Positions 59,051 to 64,000 of a DNA stretch of 64,000 nt are shown here, piece after piece (positions within the stretch are counted from its first letter, which is position 1; each line of letters begins with the position of its first letter). The translations under genes were made by a program, and so were the position numbers. The stretch is from an uncultured Clostridia bacterium (GTDB lineage Bacteria; Bacillota; Clostridia; Christensenellales; UBA1242): contig CALWRJ010000010.1 of NCBI GenBank assembly GCA_944383915.1, forward strand, positions 139,828-203,827, read 5' to 3'. The notes under the pieces were generated by a model. That model saw nothing but the letters and a program-made list of their open reading frames with translations, made no database searches and had not been told where the DNA came from.

Positions 59051-60669
59051 GCTTGCGCAGTACTTGATTGCGCGGTGCTTGTGCTTGCTTGCGCAGGTGG
59101 CGGGGCGAGTTCGTTTTCCGCGATTGTTTTTTTGTCGTGGACGAACAATATTTTGCCTTCTCTTGCGCGTTCGTTCGTGTAGCGATTAAGTTCGCGCTCG
59201 TACGCCGAAGTCAGCCAACTAACTTTTGCGTAGCCCTTTTCGTTTTTGTCCTCGTCACGAAGCAAGCCTAGTGCAGTTTTTTTTAGCATATTGGGGCTGA
59301 CAAGACTTTTTCTTTTGCCTAAATAATCGAGGCGCTCGCTTTTATTTAGTGATTTAGTCTTGAGCAAATTCTCGAATTTCTCATCGCAAAATTTGATAAT
59401 ATTAACAAGGCTTTTTGCGCTTTCTATATAGTCTAGTTTTTCTAGGTCGACTTTGGCGTTTTGCGGTTCTCCCAAAAGGGTCAGCATAAAATCATTAAAA
59501 AGTTTATCAAACTGCTCCACCTCGCCCGCTGGCGTTTTTTCGCCGACATTCCCTGTCATATGTTGATTCCTCAACTCGCCGTTGCTCACCGCGTTATACA
59601 TACCCGCGATATAAGGCAGTGCGCCATAAGAGAGTGTCGGCACGAGATAAAAACTTTTTAGTTCATCGCAAAAGCCTAGATTTTCGGCGATATCGTTTGC
59701 CCAGTCCTCGACAACACCTTCCTCGCGGTAACGATTCACCATATTGTATACGGGCTGTTTTTTATTCCAAGTTCCGCGGTCGAACGCATCGCGCACGAGT
59801 TCTTGAGACAACTCCACCTTTCCGCCCTGTTTAAAGAACACTGTAATTGAGTTTTCGTTATTTTCTCTAACGCACTCTTTTAGGTCTATCATACAGTGAA
59901 GCATTTCGTGGATGAACGACTCGCGCACGGTGTATTTATTAATCGCGTTATTCACTTCGTTTATTTTTTCGAGGTTGTCTGTTTCGTCAATTTTTTTCAG
60001 GACCTCGCTAGTATTGAGTGCTTTAACGGTGGACAAGTTTCTATCGTTATCGAGCGCAAAGAAGTAATTTAGGTTTTCGGTAATTTCGGGCGGGACTGGG
60101 TCTATCTCGACAATAGACGGAATATTTTCAACAACTAAATTTTGTGGGGAGGCAGTTTCCTTTTTATCCTTTTCCTTTTTATTTAGAAGGGAATCGAAGT
60201 AAGCCTTACAAGACCGGGCGAACTCGTGGACATTGTCCCGTATTGGCTCGCCCCTTTTTCGCGCGTTTTGAGGCGTTTGCGCGGTATTCTGCGCGGGCGG
60301 TGGCGGTGTAGTCTGGTAAGCAGTGGCGTTTGGCGTTTGTGTCAAGTTTTGCGCCATTAAAGAAGGGGTTTTTTCTTGTGAAGGAGTATCTTGTGGTGTT
60401 GGGTCTAGGTTATGCGAGACCTGAACTGTATAATAGTACTTGCTGTCGTTGTAGTTTAACTCGCGTTTTGAGACCCCGCTGACGCCTTCAAGGTCGTTAA
60501 AGCGGAAGTTTACCGAGTTAAATCTATCGAATATTGTTTTGCGTTTCTCGGGGGTGCTGTCGACTAGTTGTTTATACAGTGCTGGCGCGAACATTCCAAA
60601 CGGTCCAAACCGTCTCCGCATATTCTCGCTATCAAGAAAAAATTCCCTTTCGCTTTCGTTAAAGTCCAT
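59029..60669 (-). CDS. hypothetical HExxH (zincin-like) protein, paralog 2, with P/Q/T-rich insert
   Basis: 546 aa. FIHEMLHCM, REEGVVEDWANDIAE, N-terminal RRFGPF. The last ~15 codons and the stop lie inside the repeat array. Confidence 0.5.
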   Translation of the reverse strand: MDFNESEREFFLDSENMRRRFGPFGMFAPALYKQLVDSTPEKRKTIFDRFNSVNFRFNDLEGVSGVSKRELNYNDSKYYYTVQVSHNLDPTPQDTPSQEKTPSLMAQNLTQTPNATAYQTTPPPPAQNTAQTPQNARKRGEPIRDNVHEFARSCKAYFDSLLNKKEKDKKETASPQNLVVENIPSIVEIDPVPPEITENLNYFFALDNDRNLSTVKALNTSEVLKKIDETDNLEKINEVNNAINKYTVRESFIHEMLHCMIDLKECVRENNENSITVFFKQGGKVELSQELVRDAFDRGTWNKKQPVYNMVNRYREEGVVEDWANDIAENLGFCDELKSFYLVPTLSYGALPYIAGMYNAVSNGELRNQHMTGNVGEKTPAGEVEQFDKLFNDFMLTLLGEPQNAKVDLEKLDYIESAKSLVNIIKFCDEKFENLLKTKSLNKSERLDYLGKRKSLVSPNMLKKTALGLLRDEDKNEKGYAKVSWLTSAYERELNRYTNERAREGKILFVHDKKTIAENELAPPPAQASTSTAQSSTAQAYLLRKN

Positions 60670-61037
60670 TGCTATTCCTTTTATTTTGATTTTTTGTTAT
60701 TTTGGTTTTGTTACTTTTTGGTTTGTTTTATTTAGTTGTTCCTTTTAGGCAAAAATTTTTGCTAGCGCAAAATCTTTTTGCACAGAAAACAAAAATTTTA
60801 AAATTTTCAGCCTTAATTCCTAATTCCTAATTCCTAATTATCTTTTTGCACTCCGTGCAGGGCGGGGATAGAGTCCCCGCGGACTCATTAGCGTATGCAA
60901 GCATACGCGGAAGTCCGTAAATATTTTTGCTTTTCTTTATTTGCTATTGCGCAATTAGAAAAGGAAGTTTATTGTTTATAAAATTGCTTGCGCGCGAGCG
61001 CCCCGTAATTCCTAATTCCTAATTCAAAATTCGAGCG
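60670..61037. repeat. mosaic intergenic repeat element (locus 14), one complete unit filling the whole spacer
   Basis: T-rich leader, GCAAAAATTTTTGC (60749-60762), GCAAAATCTTTTTGC (60767-60781), CAGCCTTAATT, CCTAATT x3, core copy 8, GCGCGCGAGCGCC, CCTAATT/TTGAATT units up to the recF stop. Confidence 0.85.
60847..60972 (+). repeat. structured core of mosaic element, copy 8
   Basis: TGCAC-TCC-GTGCA, GCGGGG-ATAGAGT-CCCCGC, CATTAGC, GCGTATGC-AA-GCATACGC, GGAAGTCCGTAAATATT, AATTAGAAAAGGAAGTTTAT. Confidence 0.8.
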
Positions 61038-62225
61038 CTACGCGCGAATGTTCATCTCCTTCACCACTCCGTCCTCCACCTTAAAGAGTTTATCGGGCAC
61101 TGCGGGGTAGTCCCATTCGGTGCAAGTTATCACGGTATTAAAGTTTTTGCAATACTTCATTAGGCGGTGGCGTCTATTCTCGTCAAGTTCAGACAAGACA
61201 TCGTCCAAAAATAAGACAGGCTTTTCAAAGAAAAATTTTTTGTACATAAACATTTCGGCAATTTTAAGTGCTAGCGCGGCGGTGCGCTGTTGTCCTAGAC
61301 TTCCTTCGGTGCGGAGTGGTATCCAGCGGTATTTTTCCGTTCTCAAATCGCCCCCAGGGACAGTTTGCGTTATGTAGCCGAGTTTGATTTCGAAGTCATC
61401 TAGATGCGCGCCCACATTCGTTGTACCTGTCGTGATGTCCCTTAAATAACTTGCGCGCATTTTTTCGGTGTAGACTTTGTTGAATGTCGAGGCGTGGATA
61501 TCGTCTAGCCTATCAAAAAATGTCTTGTAAGTGATGCGCAGGGTTTCTTTGTCGTCAGTAAGCAGTCGCATTGTTGCCGCGGCGAAGTCGTTTACCCAGC
61601 GGAGCATTTCTTTTCGGCGAAGCATAACGCGGATACTATCTCTGCCTATCAGCAAGTCCCACGGAATCAAAGTTGAGTCATAGCCACGCGGGTTGAGTTT
61701 GATTGAACGCAAGAGTGCGTTTCGCTGTTTGATTGAATTTTGCAAGTCGTTTAAGAGCCTCAAATACCACGAACAAGTTTGGCAGTTAATCATATCCATA
61801 TAGCGCCTGCGGTAAACCGGTCCACCGCGCACGATGTCGATTTCGTCAGGGCTAAAATAGACAGACGGAAAGTTGCCAACGATATCGCTCACCTTTGTGC
61901 TTGTTTGCCCGTCTATTTGGACAATTTTGCCTTTGTTAGAAAAAACACTCATTCCTAGCATATGCTCGCCATCGCGTTTAGAAAAAGTAATGCTAATCTC
62001 GTTATTTTTCTTGCCTGTTTGTATCGTTTCGGTGTCCTTACGCGTCCTAGGACTGCGCCCTATTGAACACATTCGCATAGCCTCTAAAATGTTCGTCTTG
62101 CCCGCACCGTTCGCGCCACAAATAACATTTAGCCCTTGCGCAAACTCGATTGTCTGGTCCTTTAAGTTGCGAAAATTTTTTACCGTCAACTTATTAATTT
62201 TCATTTTCTCGTTAAAATCTAACAT
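61038..62225 (-). CDS. recF: DNA replication and repair protein RecF
   Basis: Walker A GANGAGKTN, ..LSLGQQR-like signature EGSLGQQRTAALALK, Walker B LFLDDV. The start may be the internal MKINKL. Confidence 0.9.
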   Translation of the reverse strand: MLDFNEKMKINKLTVKNFRNLKDQTIEFAQGLNVICGANGAGKTNILEAMRMCSIGRSPRTRKDTETIQTGKKNNEISITFSKRDGEHMLGMSVFSNKGKIVQIDGQTSTKVSDIVGNFPSVYFSPDEIDIVRGGPVYRRRYMDMINCQTCSWYLRLLNDLQNSIKQRNALLRSIKLNPRGYDSTLIPWDLLIGRDSIRVMLRRKEMLRWVNDFAAATMRLLTDDKETLRITYKTFFDRLDDIHASTFNKVYTEKMRASYLRDITTGTTNVGAHLDDFEIKLGYITQTVPGGDLRTEKYRWIPLRTEGSLGQQRTAALALKIAEMFMYKKFFFEKPVLFLDDVLSELDENRRHRLMKYCKNFNTVITCTEWDYPAVPDKLFKVEDGVVKEMNIRA

Positions 62226-62519
62226 AACCTACTCCGCTATTTTTTAAACTCTTTTCTTGCAAAGCGCACAAAAACTGCTTTTCATAAAACTTCGGCTTGT
62301 TTAGGCACTAAAACCGCTTGCTTGTCTATAATATAAAAGCCTACCTTGTTTAGCGCTTTTAAAAAACAATTTACCCCTTTCAAAGTCACTTATTAAAGCA
62401 ACAGAGCCTCGCGTACACGCGTACGCGCACGCGCGCGCGTAACAAAAAAAGACACGAGCGCACTTACTCTTGCCTAAATTATACCATATTTAATTATATT
62501 TATCAATCAAAAAGACTAA

Positions 62520-62983
62520 ATAATTTGAACAAAGTTCAAATTTTACGCTACGCTTAAATTTAAAATTTTGAATTTTGAATTTTGAATTAAGGAAGGTATA
62601 TTAATTTTATACCCAGCATTAATTGCTAATTGCTACCTGCTAATTGCTAATTCTCGCAAGGCGAGTAAGATTGCTAATTGCTAATTCGCGTTTACGCGTT
62701 TATGTATCCGAAAAAGGCAAAAATACACCCTTTTCGGTTGTGATAGAAAAGAAACCTTTCAAATTAGTAATTAGTAATTAGAAATTAGGAATTAAGGCAG
62801 AAATATCTAATTATTTTTTTAGGAAATACCTTCCTTAACTGCTAATTGCTAATTGCTAATTGCTAATTCTCGCAAGGCGAGTAAGATTGCTAATTGCTAC
62901 CTGCTAATTGCTAATTCTCGCAAGGCGAGTAAGATTGCTAACTGCTAATTGCTAATTTGATTAATTTTAAACAGTGTTTAAAA
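62520..62983. repeat. mosaic intergenic repeat element (locus 15)
   Basis: AATTTGAAC-AA-GTTCAAATT, TTTGAATT x3, AAGGAAGGTATATTAATTTTATACCCAGC, GCTAATT-GCTACCT signature x2, CTCGC-AAG-GCGAG TAAGATT x3, AATTAGT/AATTAGA/AATTAGG array, and the palindrome TTGATTAATTTTAAAC-AG-TGTTTAAAATTAATCAA at the vWA stop. Confidence 0.85.
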
Positions 62984-64000
62984 TTAATCAACATCATCAT
63001 CACAAGTAAAGTCATAATCGATATAGTGTACGAAAGTGCGGACGCGCAAATTACGCGTATTGCACAAAGTTTGCGTGCTTTGTCCTTCGGCAACGCTAAT
63101 ATCGTCTGGCAAAATGAATTTTATCCCTGTTACGCGCACATTCTGGCAAGACTCGCAAGAATGAGCAGGAACGGTCATTGCTTTTAGCCCGCGCTGGTAT
63201 TCGATGCCGTTTGAGTCGACTTCGGTAAGCGCAAGAGCGAGTGCCACCCTTCTATTCGGGCAGACATTTTGCAAAGTTAAATTTAATTCAATAATTCGTC
63301 CTTGTGATTCGAGCGCGTACTCGCCCAACTCGAATGTTTGCGTGTCGTTACAGTTATTCACCGTTAAATCAACTGGCGTAGGACACGGTTCTGGCTCTAC
63401 ATCGGTATTACAACAAATAACCGTTACGCTCGGGTTCGGGAAGTTTACCACATTCCCCTCTGCGTCCGAGTAAGTGATTGAGTCGTTAACATCTTTCGTT
63501 CCGCCTGTTGTAGCGGTGTGGCGCACGATAAAGTTTAGTTCGGCGCTTTCGGTCGAGTCTGTGCCGAGTTCGTCAATTTCCCAACGAAGCGAAGTACTGT
63601 TTAATTGAGTTGCCGTACCTTTGCTTACTGGCTCGATTGAAGTTATTTCAAAGTCAGGGTTAACGATTTCGTTTATAACGATTTGCGTTGCGCCTGCTTT
63701 GGTGATATTTTGCGCTAGGTCCTCAAAAAGTTGTTCGAGGTCGCTAGCGTCTGGCGTAACTGCCACGTGCGTTGCGGTTGGAAGCGAAGCCCACGCGTTT
63801 AGAGCCGAGACATCGATTCCATCGCTACCTATAAGCCCGATTACGAATATTTCGATGCCTTGTGCTTTTGCCTGGTCTGCAATTGGTGTTGGTGGAACGC
63901 CGATTGTCGTATTTCCGTCAGTGAACATAACAATCACCTTGTGGTTAGTAGACATAGGGTCGAAAAGGTCTATTGCGTGTGTGAACGCGTCTGCGTGGTT
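62984..64000 (-). CDS. von Willebrand factor A domain protein, C-terminal part (N-terminus beyond right edge)
   Basis: ..KVIVMFTDGNTTIG.. and ..GIEIFVIGLIG.. are vWA strands, followed by a Cys-containing beta-rich C-terminal domain. The frame stays open upstream of the track ATG to position 64000. Confidence 0.6.
   Translation of the reverse strand, partial: NHADAFTHAIDLFDPMSTNHKVIVMFTDGNTTIGVPPTPIADQAKAQGIEIFVIGLIGSDGIDVSALNAWASLPTATHVAVTPDASDLEQLFEDLAQNITKAGATQIVINEIVNPDFEITSIEPVSKGTATQLNSTSLRWEIDELGTDSTESAELNFIVRHTATTGGTKDVNDSITYSDAEGNVVNFPNPSVTVICCNTDVEPEPCPTPVDLTVNNCNDTQTFELGEYALESQGRIIELNLTLQNVCPNRRVALALALTEVDSNGIEYQRGLKAMTVPAHSCESCQNVRVTGIKFILPDDISVAEGQSTQTLCNTRNLRVRTFVHYIDYDFTCDDDVD

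Noticed and set aside
62226-62400. Possible remnant of the small S4-domain gene (yaaA-type) usually found upstream of recF. A 33-codon minus-strand frame contains ..NCFLKALNKVG...
   Set aside because: The similarity is limited to about 8 residues from memory, the frame is very short, and no RBS is evident. This is insufficient support.

Overview
AT-rich, Firmicutes/Clostridia-like chromosomal segment. Recognisable genes are murC, spoVG, lspA-rluD, sepF, tmk-holB-yaaT-rsmI, a prsA-like foldase, mfd-pth, tadA, groES-groEL and recF..gyrB-gyrA. TTG/GTG starts, GGAGG-type RBS and lipoboxes are common. I count about 55 CDS (roughly 85% on the minus strand) and 7 tRNA genes in three loci. I saw no rRNA, CRISPR, transposase or integrase. 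The left half (1-30 kb) is more accessory. It holds a BspA-type LRR surface protein, a Ku plus ligase-only LigD pair, and a Nudix/HD pair. It also holds a very AT-rich island beside tRNA-Ser with an HNH endonuclease, two m5C methyltransferases and a WYL protein; the island abuts a 5'-truncated rtcB. The outstanding signal is non-coding. At 14.4 kb and from about 29 kb onward, almost every intergenic spacer (about 6 kb in total) is built from one modular mosaic repeat family. Its parts are tandem heptamers (GCTAATT, CCTAATT-type), octamers (TTTGAATT), mini-hairpins, palindromes, and a 130-190-nt core whose hairpins differ between copies by compensatory changes. These elements separate normally tight gene pairs such as gyrB-gyrA by 0.25-0.66 kb. 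Two paralogous HExxH proteins of unknown function sit between recF and gyrB, each flanked by full elements. Coordinates of non-coding features are hand-counted, so treat them as +/- 2 nt. Functional readings of the repeats are hypotheses.
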